24,136 nt of DNA from an uncultured Bacillota bacterium (GCA_947176475.1 CAMWQX010000001.1:1-24136), one strand, 5' to 3'; positions 7,829 through 16,775 are shown, counted from the stretch's first letter. The notes: generated from the letters alone by a model not told the origin. A program made the numbers and translations.

Positions 7829-8563
7829 ATGACAGGAGTATTTGATACCGATGGTAATTTTCGTGAACTATATTTCTACAAGCTACAAGGTCTATTTGAG
7901 ACAATGACTGAAGCGGCAATTGAAGCTAGTTCCGAATTAAAAGCAAAATACGAGAGTGAATACAAAAATAAAATAACGCGATTCTCTAGTGAATTAGAAT
8001 TCTGCCTTCATGAATTGGGTTGGATGATACGTGATCCTTTCTGCCAAGGCAAGGACGAAGTATTATTTTCTAATGGGCATCGTAGCTTTATAGCATCAAT
8101 AGAATATGTCTCATCTCCTGATTTTGATCGCAAAAAAATAGATAACGAAGATATGGGATTTCCTAAATTGACTGATGAATATGTCAGCTATGATTCCGAT
8201 TTAAAAGATTATGAGGCGATGAATGCTGGAATAATTGATGAACAAGGGTATGTATCATCTTTCTTTTTGCCAAGTATGGAAGATTTAGCAACATTAGAAT
8301 TGATGCATAAAATGATTAGAGATGAAAAAACATATATTGACTATCTTATGCATAAAGATGAATATGCTACCCCTTTAGAATACTTAACGAGTAAGAAGAA
8401 CGTTATAGCTATTAAAAAATTAAATGATGGGTCTTGTACATTGGAATTTGTCTCAGAAAATGATGGCAAAGTTCAAAAATTTATCGATAAAATTGAAAAG
8501 GAAGGTCACATTGCTGAATTTGTTCCTTTAGTAGTTGAAGAAAAAGGATTAAAGGCAGCGTAA
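7829..8563 (+). CDS. Hypothetical protein, possibly internally duplicated
   Basis: 244-aa ORF with SD AGGTGG and upstream TGtTATACT (7801-7809); no family recognised. Confidence 0.75.
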   Translation: MTGVFDTDGNFRELYFYKLQGLFETMTEAAIEASSELKAKYESEYKNKITRFSSELEFCLHELGWMIRDPFCQGKDEVLFSNGHRSFIASIEYVSSPDFDRKKIDNEDMGFPKLTDEYVSYDSDLKDYEAMNAGIIDEQGYVSSFFLPSMEDLATLELMHKMIRDEKTYIDYLMHKDEYATPLEYLTSKKNVIAIKKLNDGSCTLEFVSENDGKVQKFIDKIEKEGHIAEFVPLVVEEKGLKAA

Positions 8564-8578
8564 ACTAGCCTTTTTTTT
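8551..8578 (+). terminator. Intrinsic terminator
   Basis: AAAGGC...GCCTTT stem around the stop codon followed by a T run (8571-8578). Confidence 0.65.
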
Positions 8579-8581
8579 ATG

Positions 8582-8608
8582 TTGACAAAAAGCGTGTTAT
8601 GTTATAAT
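8582..8608 (+). promoter_or_regulatory. sigmaA-type promoter with extended -10
   Basis: TTGACA-N15-TATAAT with TG at 8600-8601. Confidence 0.7.
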
Positions 8609-8630
8609 GAACTTAGAAAGAGGGTATATA

Positions 8631-9503
8631 ATGGAACCTGTAAATGTTAATAATTCTAGAGGCTACACTGAAATGGCCATGAAAGTTAATAAAGTTCGTA
8701 ACGCAAAAGCTAATTTATATAATCATGTGGGGCTTATTTCTGCAGTAGGCGCTTTAGGCTTAGGACTAATTGGACCTGGTAGTGCGCTTGCATTTATTCC
8801 TGGAGGTATGGCTGCTGCCGTGGCTGCCAAATCGATGTTGGATTCAGAACGATATATTTTAAAAAACAGTGCTATAAAACATAAACTAAAAAAAATTGCT
8901 AAACGTGTAAAAAAAGCATGTGGAATTAATATTCGTCCAGAATATAACTATAGTACTCGTCAAGCTGGTTTTGTGTTATTGGATATGACGGGAAGAGTTC
9001 CAATAACATCATTCTTAACATCAGAAAATATTTCAGAATATCTAGATTCTGAACAATGTGCAATCGTTCACGATTCTATTGCTAGAGAATTTGCTGTTTT
9101 TAATTCTTATCGTGGATTAGGAGAACATGCTATAACAATGCGAGAATTTAAATATCGCAATTCTAAACAAATTGGACTTGATAATATTACCAGTGCCTTT
9201 GATGATGTTGGTGGTGTTTTGACCAATAGTGAACTTGCTGGGCTATGTAGTGGAGAAAATCTATCTCATATAGAATATCAAAAGTTTATGCGTGAACACA
9301 AAGGTGAATCATTATGGGTATTATCAGGACACCTATCTACATATTTAGGGGGATTAACAGAAATGAGTATAGAAGATAAAAATAATATCCTTAGAGAATT
9401 TAAAAAATACTTTGAAAAACAAGGTGAAGAAGGAATATACGAATTTGAAAAAATTAGTGAACAACTAAATCTTGAAGAAACTGAAATGAAAAGGATTGGA
9501 TAA
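8631..9503 (+). CDS. Hypothetical protein with Gly/Ala-rich hydrophobic hairpin
   Basis: Start moved to ATG 8631: SD AGAGGG lies at 8619-8624 and the ATG at 8607 lies inside the -10 box. Hydrophobic segment GLISAVGALGLGLIGPGSALAFIPGGMAAAVAA; no signal peptide. Confidence 0.75.
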   Translation: MEPVNVNNSRGYTEMAMKVNKVRNAKANLYNHVGLISAVGALGLGLIGPGSALAFIPGGMAAAVAAKSMLDSERYILKNSAIKHKLKKIAKRVKKACGINIRPEYNYSTRQAGFVLLDMTGRVPITSFLTSENISEYLDSEQCAIVHDSIAREFAVFNSYRGLGEHAITMREFKYRNSKQIGLDNITSAFDDVGGVLTNSELAGLCSGENLSHIEYQKFMREHKGESLWVLSGHLSTYLGGLTEMSIEDKNNILREFKKYFEKQGEEGIYEFEKISEQLNLEETEMKRIG

Positions 9504-9521
9504 TACCTAAGCAATATAAAT

Positions 9522-9551
9522 AAAGAAGCTTCTTTCTAAAGCTTCTTTTTT
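9522..9551 (+). terminator. Intrinsic terminator
   Basis: Perfect 10-bp stem AAAGAAGCTT-ctttcta-AAGCTTCTTT plus T-tract. Confidence 0.88.
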
Positions 9552-9622
9552 CGTGTGTAAACTACATAGAAAAGTTATAAATTTACTTGTCACAAAAAAA
9601 TAAAAAAAGTCATAAAAAAGGG

Positions 9623-9651
9623 TTGATTTTAATATAAAGGTAAGGTATAAT
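9623..9651 (+). promoter_or_regulatory. S10 operon sigmaA promoter
   Basis: TTGATT-N17-TATAAT about 130 nt upstream of rpsJ. Confidence 0.8.
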
Positions 9652-9657
9652 GATTGA

Positions 9658-9784
9658 TAGTTTAACTGGCTGTGATGTGCAAGGTTGCTGACACACTAGG
9701 AAGAGTTGCATAATATAGTGTACTCAGGTTAATTTGTAACGGAGCTATGTTTATACAAGATATAGACGAAGGGAGGACATGTAA
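9658..9784 (+). ncRNA. Firmicutes-type S10 (rpsJ) leader cis-regulatory RNA
   Basis: GGTTGCTGACACAC (9683-9696), CAGG, ACGGAG (9739-9744) and a hairpin GTTTAT/ATAGAC before SD GGGAGG match the conserved Bacilli rpsJ leader layout (from memory). Confidence 0.8.
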
Positions 9785-10090
9785 ATGTCAAAAGTTAGAA
9801 TAAGATTAAAAGCTTATGATCACAGAGTTCTTGATAGTGCAGCTGCAAGAATCATTGAAACTGTTAAGAGAACGGGTGGAAATATTTCTGGACCTGTACC
9901 TCTACCTACAGAAATCCAAAAGATTACTGTACTAAAGGCAGTTCATAAATATAAAGATTCTCGTGAGCAATTCGAGATGCGTACACATAAGAGATTAATC
10001 GACATCAAGGATCCTAGCAAGGAAACTATGGATGCTCTAGCACACTTAGATTTACCAAGTGGTGTTGAAATCGATATTAAAACAATGTAA
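9785..10090 (+). CDS. rpsJ: 30S ribosomal protein S10 (uS10)
   Basis: [38 protein letters not shown]. Confidence 0.99.
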   Translation: MSKVRIRLKAYDHRVLDSAAARIIETVKRTGGNISGPVPLPTEIQKITVLKAVHKYKDSREQFEMRTHKRLIDIKDPSKETMDALAHLDLPSGVEIDIKTM

Positions 10091-10114
10091 TAAAAAATAA
10101 TGGAGGAAAGAACA

Positions 10115-10951
10115 ATGAAGAAAGGAATCTTAGGACGTAAAATCGGTATGACCGAAAAATTTACGACAGATGGAAAAGTCATTCCTGTTACTGTAGTTGA
10201 AGTTGAACCAAATGTTATAATGCAAGTTAAAACAGTTGAAACTGATGGTTATAACGCAATTCAACTTGCTGTAGTTGACAAGAAAGAAAAAAATGCAAGC
10301 AAAGCCGCTATTGGCCATGCAAAAAAAGCAGGTGTATCTCCTAAGCGCTTCTTAAAGGAAATAAGAGTTGAATCTACTGAAGGTTATGCTCTTGGAAGTA
10401 CTATAGCTGCTGATACATTCGAAGTTGGAGAAAAAGTTGATGTAACTGGTACTTCAAAAGGTAAAGGTTTCCAAGGTGTTATTAGACGCCATGGACAATC
10501 ACGTGGACCTGAAACTCACGGATCAAGATATCATAGAAGACCTGGTTCAATGGGAACTATGAGACCAATGCGTGTTTTGAAAGGTAAAAAGTTAGCTGGA
10601 CATATGGGAGCTGAAACTGTTACAATTCAAAATCTTGAAATTATTGAAGTTTGTGTAGAAGATAACTACATATTAGTAAGTGGAAATATTCCAGGACCTA
10701 AAAATTCTTTAGTTCTAATTCGTTCAGCTGTTAAAGGCGGAAAGGTAGAACCAAAGGAAATCATCATTAATAAACCAGAAACTGTAGTTGATGCAGTTGA
10801 AGAAGTAGCTGAAGAAACTACTACAGAAGTTGCAGAAGAAACTGTTACAGAAACAGAAAATACAACTGAAGAAGTAGTAGAAGAAACTACAGAAGAAACT
10901 TTAGAAGTTGCTGAAACTGATGAAACAGTCGAGGAATCTACTGAAGCGTAA
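10115..10951 (+). CDS. rplC: 50S ribosomal protein L3 (uL3) with 71-aa acidic C-terminal extension
   Basis: [35 protein letters not shown]; start at 10115 from SD GGAGG at 10102-10106. Confidence 0.98.
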   Translation: MKKGILGRKIGMTEKFTTDGKVIPVTVVEVEPNVIMQVKTVETDGYNAIQLAVVDKKEKNASKAAIGHAKKAGVSPKRFLKEIRVESTEGYALGSTIAADTFEVGEKVDVTGTSKGKGFQGVIRRHGQSRGPETHGSRYHRRPGSMGTMRPMRVLKGKKLAGHMGAETVTIQNLEIIEVCVEDNYILVSGNIPGPKNSLVLIRSAVKGGKVEPKEIIINKPETVVDAVEEVAEETTTEVAEETVTETENTTEEVVEETTEETLEVAETDETVEESTEA

Positions 10952-10973
10952 TTTCAGATAAGGAGAGAAGACA

Positions 10974-11597
10974 ATGACAAAAGTTAATGTAATTGACCTT
11001 AAAGGTACTAAAGTAAAAGATATAAATGTTAATGATGAAATTTGGAAAATCGAAGGTAATGAGATTGTTCTAACTAAAGCTGTTCGTTTACAAATGAACG
11101 CTTTAAGACAAGGTACAGCTGATACTAAAGGACGTAGTGAAGTATCAGGTGGTGGAAGAAAACCATATAGACAAAAAGGAACTGGTAATGCTCGTCAAGG
11201 ATCTATTCGTGCTCCTCATTATAGAGGTGGTGGAATTGTATTCGGACCTACTCCTAGAAGCTACACTTTCAAAATGAATAAGAAAGAAAGAAGATTAGCT
11301 CTAAAGACAGCATTAGCAGAAAAGTTAGCAGAAAAGAAATTAGTAGTTGTTGACTCATTAGAAGTTAAGAGTACTAAGACTAAAGATGCTATTCAAATGT
11401 TAGAAACATTAAAGTTAGAAGGAAAAGTATTATTCGTAAGTACTCATGATGCTGAAAATTTATATTTAGCAACGAGAAACTTAGGATATGCAACTGTCAT
11501 CATGGCAGATGAACTTAATGTTTACGATATCATAAATGCAAACTGCCTTGTTTGTGATGAAGATACAATGAATTATGTAGAGGAGGCACTTAAATAA
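10974..11597 (+). CDS. rplD: 50S ribosomal protein L4 (uL4)
   Basis: RQGTADTKGRSEVSGGGRKPYRQKGTGNARQGSIRAP. Confidence 0.99.
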   Translation: MTKVNVIDLKGTKVKDINVNDEIWKIEGNEIVLTKAVRLQMNALRQGTADTKGRSEVSGGGRKPYRQKGTGNARQGSIRAPHYRGGGIVFGPTPRSYTFKMNKKERRLALKTALAEKLAEKKLVVVDSLEVKSTKTKDAIQMLETLKLEGKVLFVSTHDAENLYLATRNLGYATVIMADELNVYDIINANCLVCDEDTMNYVEEALK

Positions 11598-11866
11598 TGA
11601 AAGATGTAATTATTGCTCCTGTTATAACTGAAAAAGCTGCTGCATTAGCTTCAAATGGAAAAACTTATGTTTTCAAGGTTGCTAAAAGCGCTAATAAGAT
11701 TGAAATTAAGACAGAAATCGAAAGATTATTTAATGTTAAAGTTGAAAGTGTAAAAACTCTTAATACAAAAGCTAAAGACAAAAGAGTTGGACGTTACACT
11801 GGAAAAACAAAAACTTATAAGAAAGCTATCGTTACTTTAGCTGACGGTTATGCTATAGAAATATAG
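11597..11866 (+). CDS. rplW: 50S ribosomal protein L23 (uL23)
   Basis: PVITEK, YVFKV..ANKIEIK, YKKAIVTL. Confidence 0.99.
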   Translation: MKDVIIAPVITEKAAALASNGKTYVFKVAKSANKIEIKTEIERLFNVKVESVKTLNTKAKDKRVGRYTGKTKTYKKAIVTLADGYAIEI

Positions 11867-11881
11867 TAGGAGGTATTACTT

Positions 11882-12709
11882 ATGGGTATAAAGAAATATA
11901 AACCAACGACTAATGGTCGTAGAGGAATGTCTACTTTAACCAATGAAGAAATTACAACTAATAAACCAGAAAAAAGTTTGTTAAAAACTATAAATAAAAC
12001 TGGTGGACGTAATAATCAAGGTAGAATGACTGTACAACACATTGGTGGCGGTGCTAAAAGAAAATATCGTGTTATCGATTTTAAGAGAAATAAGTTTGGT
12101 ATAACTGGTAAAGTTGCAACAATCGAATATGATCCAAATCGTAATGCAAACATTGCTTTAATCACTTATTTAGATGGTGAGAAAAGATATATAATCGCTC
12201 CTAAAGAATTAAGCGTAGGTATGATTATCGAATCAGGAGAAGCTTGCGATATCAAAGTTGGTAACGCAATGCAATTACAAAATATTCCTGTTGGTACTTT
12301 AGTTCATAATGTTGAATTAAAACCAGGTAAGGGTGGAGAAATTGCTCGTTCTGCTGGTCAAAGCGTTCAAATCTTAGGTAGAGATGATAAATATGTAATT
12401 GTTCGTCTACAAAGTGGCGAAACAAGAAAGATTTTAGGTACTTGTATGGCAACTATTGGTGTAGTTGGAAACGAGGACTTCGAATTAGTAAATATTGGAA
12501 AAGCTGGACGTAAACGTCATATGGGAATTCGTCCTACAAACCGTGGTTCTGTTATGAACCCTAACGATCACCCACATGGTGGTGGTGAAGGTCGTACACC
12601 AATCGGTAGAAAAGGACCAGTTACTCCTTGGGGTAAACCAGCTCTTGGATATAAAACTCGTAAAGGAAAGAAAGCTTCTGATAAGTTAATTATCAGTAAG
12701 AAGAAATAG
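11882..12709 (+). CDS. rplB: 50S ribosomal protein L2 (uL2)
   Basis: [33 protein letters not shown]. Confidence 0.99.
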   Translation: MGIKKYKPTTNGRRGMSTLTNEEITTNKPEKSLLKTINKTGGRNNQGRMTVQHIGGGAKRKYRVIDFKRNKFGITGKVATIEYDPNRNANIALITYLDGEKRYIIAPKELSVGMIIESGEACDIKVGNAMQLQNIPVGTLVHNVELKPGKGGEIARSAGQSVQILGRDDKYVIVRLQSGETRKILGTCMATIGVVGNEDFELVNIGKAGRKRHMGIRPTNRGSVMNPNDHPHGGGEGRTPIGRKGPVTPWGKPALGYKTRKGKKASDKLIISKKK

Positions 12710-12717
12710 GTGATTTT

Positions 12718-12981
12718 ATGGCAAGAAGTTTAAAGAAAGGGCCTTTCGTTGATGAAAGCCTAATGAAAAAAATTCAAAAACTAAACGAATCAAATAAAAA
12801 AGAAGTTGTTAAGACATGGTCACGCCGTTCAACAATCTTCCCTGATTTTGTTGGTCACACAATCGCAGTTCATAACGGAAAAGAATTTATTCCTGTTTAT
12901 ATTACTGAAGATATGGTTGGTCATAAATTAGGAGAATTTGCTTTAACTCGTAAAGCTGGCGGACATGCAGGACAAAAGTAG
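12718..12981 (+). CDS. rpsS: 30S ribosomal protein S19 (uS19)
   Basis: [28 protein letters not shown]. Confidence 0.99.
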   Translation: MARSLKKGPFVDESLMKKIQKLNESNKKEVVKTWSRRSTIFPDFVGHTIAVHNGKEFIPVYITEDMVGHKLGEFALTRKAGGHAGQK

Positions 12982-12992
12982 GAGGTTATTAG

Positions 12993-13334
12993 ATGGAAAC
13001 ATTTGCAATACATAAAAGTGCTATGGTAGCTCCTCGTAAATGTCGTATGACTATGGATTTAGTTAGAGGCAAGAAAGCTACAACAGCTGTTGGAATTTTA
13101 AAAAATACTAACACTAAATCTAGTAGACTTATCCTTAAAGTATTAGAATCTGCAATGGCTAATGCAACTAATAACTTCGGAGCTAAAGTAGAAGATTTAG
13201 TAATATCTGAATGCTTTGTTAATCCAGGACCTGTTTACAAGAGAGTAAAAATTGGTTCTAAGACAAAAGTAGACAGAAGAGATAAAAGAACAAGTCACAT
13301 AACTGTAAAAGTTAGTGATGGTAAGGAGGCTTAA
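12993..13334 (+). CDS. rplV: 50S ribosomal protein L22 (uL22), divergent tunnel hairpin
   Basis: APRKCR..DLVRGK, SAMANA, GP.YKR, KRTSHITV; canonical position between rpsS and rpsC. Confidence 0.98.
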   Translation: METFAIHKSAMVAPRKCRMTMDLVRGKKATTAVGILKNTNTKSSRLILKVLESAMANATNNFGAKVEDLVISECFVNPGPVYKRVKIGSKTKVDRRDKRTSHITVKVSDGKEA

Positions 13335-13336
13335 TT

Positions 13337-14017
13337 ATGGGACAAAAAGTAGACCCTAGAGGATTAAGACTTGGCGTAAATAAAGATTGGCAATCTAAAT
13401 GGTATGCAGAAAAAGGCGAATATGTTAAATCATTAAATAATGATATTAAGATTCGTGAATTCTTAACTAAAGAATTAAAAGATGCTGCTGTTGCTGAAGT
13501 CGTTATTGAAAGAAAGAAAAATCGTGTAGATGTTAAGATTGCTACTGCTAAACCTGGTGTTATCATCGGACGCGGTGGTGAAGATATTGAAAAACTAAGA
13601 AGCAAAATCAAAAAAGTTTGTGGAGAAGAAGTTTTCGTTACTATTAATGAAATCAAAAACCCAGACTTAAATGCTGAATTAGTTGCTCAATCAATTGCTA
13701 AACAAATCGAGAATAGAGGAAACTTCCGTAACGTTCAAAAGAAAGCTATCAAAAACACTATGAAGGCTGGAGCAAAAGGAATTAAAACTGCTGTATCTGG
13801 TAGACTTGGTGGAGCTGAAATGGCTAGAACTGAATGGTACATTGATGGAGTTGTTCCACTACAAACTATTAGATCTGATGTAGATTATGCTACAGCAGAA
13901 GCTGACACTACATATGGTAAGCTTGGTGTTAAAGTTTGGATTTGTAAAGGTGAAATCTTAAATAAGAAAAATAAGAAAGAAGGAGGTAATGACGATGTTA
14001 ATGCCAAAAAGAACTAA
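13337..14017 (+). CDS. rpsC: 30S ribosomal protein S3 (uS3)
   Basis: [46 protein letters not shown]. Confidence 0.99.
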   Translation: MGQKVDPRGLRLGVNKDWQSKWYAEKGEYVKSLNNDIKIREFLTKELKDAAVAEVVIERKKNRVDVKIATAKPGVIIGRGGEDIEKLRSKIKKVCGEEVFVTINEIKNPDLNAELVAQSIAKQIENRGNFRNVQKKAIKNTMKAGAKGIKTAVSGRLGGAEMARTEWYIDGVVPLQTIRSDVDYATAEADTTYGKLGVKVWICKGEILNKKNKKEGGNDDVNAKKN

Positions 14018-14423
14018 ATATCGTAAACCTCACAGAATTTCTTATGAAGGACATGCTAGAGGAAATACTGAATTACATTTCGGTGAATATGGATTACAAG
14101 CAAAAACTGGTGGCTATGTAACAGCTAGACAAATCGAAGCTGCTCGTATCGCTATGACACGTTATATGAAACGTGGTGGTAATGTTTGGATCAACATCTT
14201 CCCACACTTAGCAAGAACAATGCAACCACTTGAAACTAGACAAGGTACAGGAAAAGGTAACGTTGATCATTGGGCTGCTGTAGTTAAAGAAGGTAAAATT
14301 ATGTTTGAAATTGCTGGAGTTAGCGAAGAAGTGGCTCGTGAAGCTTTAAGACTTGCTTCTCATAAGCTAAGTGTTCAAACAAGATTCGTAAAGAAAGAAA
14401 GTGGTGAAACTAATGAAGACTAG
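13995..14423 (+). CDS. rplP: 50S ribosomal protein L16 (uL16)
   Basis: [25 protein letters not shown]; start at 13995 from SD GGAGG at 13983-13987. Confidence 0.98.
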   Translation: MLMPKRTKYRKPHRISYEGHARGNTELHFGEYGLQAKTGGYVTARQIEAARIAMTRYMKRGGNVWINIFPHLARTMQPLETRQGTGKGNVDHWAAVVKEGKIMFEIAGVSEEVAREALRLASHKLSVQTRFVKKESGETNED

Positions 14424-14631
14424 TGAAATTAGAAATATGTCCACTGAAGATATCAACAAGAAGATTGCAGAATTAAAAAGAGACTTATTTGATATGCGTT
14501 TAAAGCAAGCTACTGCTTCTTTAGAGAAACCTCATAGAATCAGAGCTGCTAGAAAAGATATCGCAAGAATGAAAACTGTTCTAACAGAAAGAATGATTGC
14601 TGAAAAAACTAATAAAGGAGGAGAAGAATAA
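14413..14631 (+). CDS. rpmC: 50S ribosomal protein L29 (uL29)
   Basis: [10 protein letters not shown]...[31 protein letters not shown]; ATG at 14413. Confidence 0.97.
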   Translation: MKTSEIRNMSTEDINKKIAELKRDLFDMRLKQATASLEKPHRIRAARKDIARMKTVLTERMIAEKTNKGGEE

Positions 14632-14891
14632 TGAGCGAAACTAAAAGAACTGAATTAATTGGTACTGTTGTAAGTGCTTGCAATGATAAAACTATTACTG
14701 TTTTAGTTGAAACTTATAGAAAGCATCCTCTATATGGTAAGAGAGTAAAATATTCTAAGAAATATGCTGCTCATGATGAAAAAAATATTGCGAAAGTTGG
14801 AGATACAGTTAGATTACTATCTACAAGACCATTATCTAAGACTAAGAGATATGAACTTGTTGAAGTTATAACTGAATCTGTAGCTGCTTAA
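14631..14891 (+). CDS. rpsQ: 30S ribosomal protein S17 (uS17)
   Basis: [32 protein letters not shown]. Confidence 0.99.
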   Translation: MSETKRTELIGTVVSACNDKTITVLVETYRKHPLYGKRVKYSKKYAAHDEKNIAKVGDTVRLLSTRPLSKTKRYELVEVITESVAA

Positions 14892-14902
14892 GGAGGGTTA
14901 TT

Positions 14903-15271
14903 ATGATACAACAAGAAACAAGATTAAAAGTTGCTGATAACTCTGGAGCACGTGAGGTTTCAGTCATCCGCGTATTAGGTGGAAGTAAAGTTAAATATGG
15001 AAACATTGGAGATGTTGTAGTTGCTTCTGTAAAGAAAGCTATTCCAAATTCAAATGTTAAAAAAGGAAAAGTAGTTAAAGCTGTTATTGTAAGAAGTGTA
15101 GAAGGAGTAAGAAGAGCCGATGGTTCGCTTATCAAATTTGGTGATAACGCATGTGTATTAATCAAGGATGATAAGAGTCCAGTAGGAACTCGTGTTCTTG
15201 GTCCAGTAGCTAGAGAGCTTCGTGAAAAAGACTTCATGAAGATCGTATCTTTAGCAAGCGAAGTTTTATAG
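14903..15271 (+). CDS. rplN: 50S ribosomal protein L14 (uL14)
   Basis: [29 protein letters not shown]. Confidence 0.99.
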   Translation: MIQQETRLKVADNSGAREVSVIRVLGGSKVKYGNIGDVVVASVKKAIPNSNVKKGKVVKAVIVRSVEGVRRADGSLIKFGDNACVLIKDDKSPVGTRVLGPVARELREKDFMKIVSLASEVL

Positions 15272-15280
15272 GAGGATAAC

Positions 15281-15619
15281 ATGAAGGTTAAAGTTGGAGA
15301 TAAAGTAAAAATTCTTGCTGGAAAAGATAAAGGCAAGGAAGGTACTGTTACAGTTACTTTAAAGAAAAAAGACAAAGTTGTAGTAAGTGGTATCAATATT
15401 GTTAAAAAACATATGAAACCAAGTGCTATGAATGAAAATGGTGGCATCGTAAGTGTTGAAGCCCCAATTCATGTATCTAATGTAAAAGTTATTGAAGGAT
15501 CAAAAAATGCTAAGGCTGCTGCTAAAGTAGAAAAATCCGCTACAAAGACTGCAAAGACAACAGAAAAGAAAACTACTAAAAAAACTACTAAAAAAGAAGT
15601 AGGTGAAGATAATGAATAG
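15281..15619 (+). CDS. rplX: 50S ribosomal protein L24 (uL24) with Lys/Thr-rich C-terminus
   Basis: KOW motif [18 protein letters not shown]; GINIVKKH; EAPIHVSNV. Confidence 0.97.
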   Translation: MKVKVGDKVKILAGKDKGKEGTVTVTLKKKDKVVVSGINIVKKHMKPSAMNENGGIVSVEAPIHVSNVKVIEGSKNAKAAAKVEKSATKTAKTTEKKTTKKTTKKEVGEDNE

Positions 15620-16151
15620 TTTAAGAGAAAAATATGAAAACGAAATTAAGAAGGATTTAATGACTAAGTTCAATTATTCTTCTATAATGCAAGTTCCTAA
15701 ACTAGAAAAAATCGTTATTAATATTGGTGCTGGAGAAGCAAGCCATGATTCAAAATTTATTGAAGCTGCTGCTGCTGATCTAGAGACTATAACTGGTCAA
15801 AAACCTGTTATTACTAAAGCTAAAAAGTCCATCGCTGGTTTTAAACTAAGAGAAGGACAAAGCATTGGTACTAAAGTTACTTTAAGAGGAGAAAATATGT
15901 ACAATTTCATGGAGAAATTAATTCGTGTTGCTCTACCTCGTGTACGTGACTTTAGAGGTATTAGTCCAAAAGCATTCGATGGTTTTGGAAACTATACATT
16001 AGGAATTAAAGAACAATTAATTTTCCCAGAAATCGATTATGATAAAGTGTTAAAAATTAGAGGAATGGATATTGTTTTTGTAACAACTGCAAAGACAAAT
16101 GAAGAAGCTTTAGAATTATTAAAAGGCTTCGGAATGCCATTTAGAAAGTAG
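15612..16151 (+). CDS. rplE: 50S ribosomal protein L5 (uL5)
   Basis: [32 protein letters not shown]; ATG at 15612. Confidence 0.99.
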   Translation: MNSLREKYENEIKKDLMTKFNYSSIMQVPKLEKIVINIGAGEASHDSKFIEAAAADLETITGQKPVITKAKKSIAGFKLREGQSIGTKVTLRGENMYNFMEKLIRVALPRVRDFRGISPKAFDGFGNYTLGIKEQLIFPEIDYDKVLKIRGMDIVFVTTAKTNEEALELLKGFGMPFRK

Positions 16152-16159
16152 GTATTTGT

Positions 16160-16345
16160 ATGGCTAAGAAAAGTATGGTTGTGAAGGCTTCTCGCCCACA
16201 AAAATTTAAAGTTAGAGAATATACACGTTGCCAAAGATGTGGACGTCCTCATGGCGTTTTACGTAAGTTTGGCTTATGCCGTATTTGTTTTAGAGAACTT
16301 GCTAATCAAGGACAAATACCTGGCGTTAAAAAATCTAGTTGGTAG
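16160..16345 (+). CDS. rpsN: 30S ribosomal protein S14, Zn-binding type Z (uS14)
   Basis: 61 aa; RCQRCGR...[10 protein letters not shown] (four Cys). Confidence 0.99.
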   Translation: MAKKSMVVKASRPQKFKVREYTRCQRCGRPHGVLRKFGLCRICFRELANQGQIPGVKKSSW

Positions 16346-16359
16346 AAAGGAAGTAAGTT

Positions 16360-16758
16360 ATGGTAAATGATAGAATAGCTGATATGCTTACAAGAATACG
16401 TAATGCAAATCAAATGAAATATGATACAGTTGATGTTCTTGGATCTAAGATGACAGTTGAAATAGCTCGTATCTTAAAAGAAGAAGGATATATTTCTGAA
16501 TATAAATTAACAGAAGCTACTAACGGTAATACATTAACTATTAATTTAAAGTATACTGAAGGTAAGAAGACTCGTGTAATCACTGGATTAAAGAGAATTT
16601 CTAAATCTGGATTAAGAGTATATGCTAAACATGATGAACTTCCTAGAGTTCTAAATGGATTAGGTATTGCAATTATCTCGACTTCTGAAGGAATTATGAC
16701 TGATAGAGATGCTAGAAATAAAAAACTAGGAGGAGAAGTACTTGCTTACATTTGGTAA
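16360..16758 (+). CDS. rpsH: 30S ribosomal protein S8 (uS8)
   Basis: [40 protein letters not shown]. Confidence 0.99.
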   Translation: MVNDRIADMLTRIRNANQMKYDTVDVLGSKMTVEIARILKEEGYISEYKLTEATNGNTLTINLKYTEGKKTRVITGLKRISKSGLRVYAKHDELPRVLNGLGIAIISTSEGIMTDRDARNKKLGGEVLAYIW

Positions 16759-16775
16759 TCAAGGAAATATTGGTT

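Noticed and set aside
8607-8630. ORF-track N-terminal extensions (8607, 10100, 13989, 14401, 15603, 16752, 18184, 23812)
   Set aside because: SD positions and protein homology point to downstream starts; 8607 lies within a -10 box.
1-9550. Prophage or IS origin of the accessory genes
   Set aside because: No integrase, transposase, structural phage gene or terminal repeat is recognisable in the window.
10780-10951. Tandem repeats as CRISPR or VNTR
   Set aside because: Degenerate in-frame codon repeats of the uL3 tail; no constant repeat with unique spacers anywhere in the window.
11160-11234. uL4 tunnel loop variant KPYRQKGTGNAR
   Set aside because: The K68-G69-T70-G71 core is intact; Tyr for Trp and non-Arg residues at position 72 occur naturally in other bacteria, so it is not distinctive alone.
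14866-15447. 193-aa minus-strand ORF over rplN-rplX and similar antisense or alternate-frame ORFs in the ribosomal operon
   Set aside because: They fully overlap essential genes; their F/L/T/S-rich composition is the expected reverse complement of Lys/Glu-rich codons.
13989-15619. Overlaps between rpsC/rplP, rplP/rpmC and rplX/rplE with EGG/GGE/VGE-type C-termini
   Set aside because: Ordinary translational coupling; the tails encode the next gene's SD.
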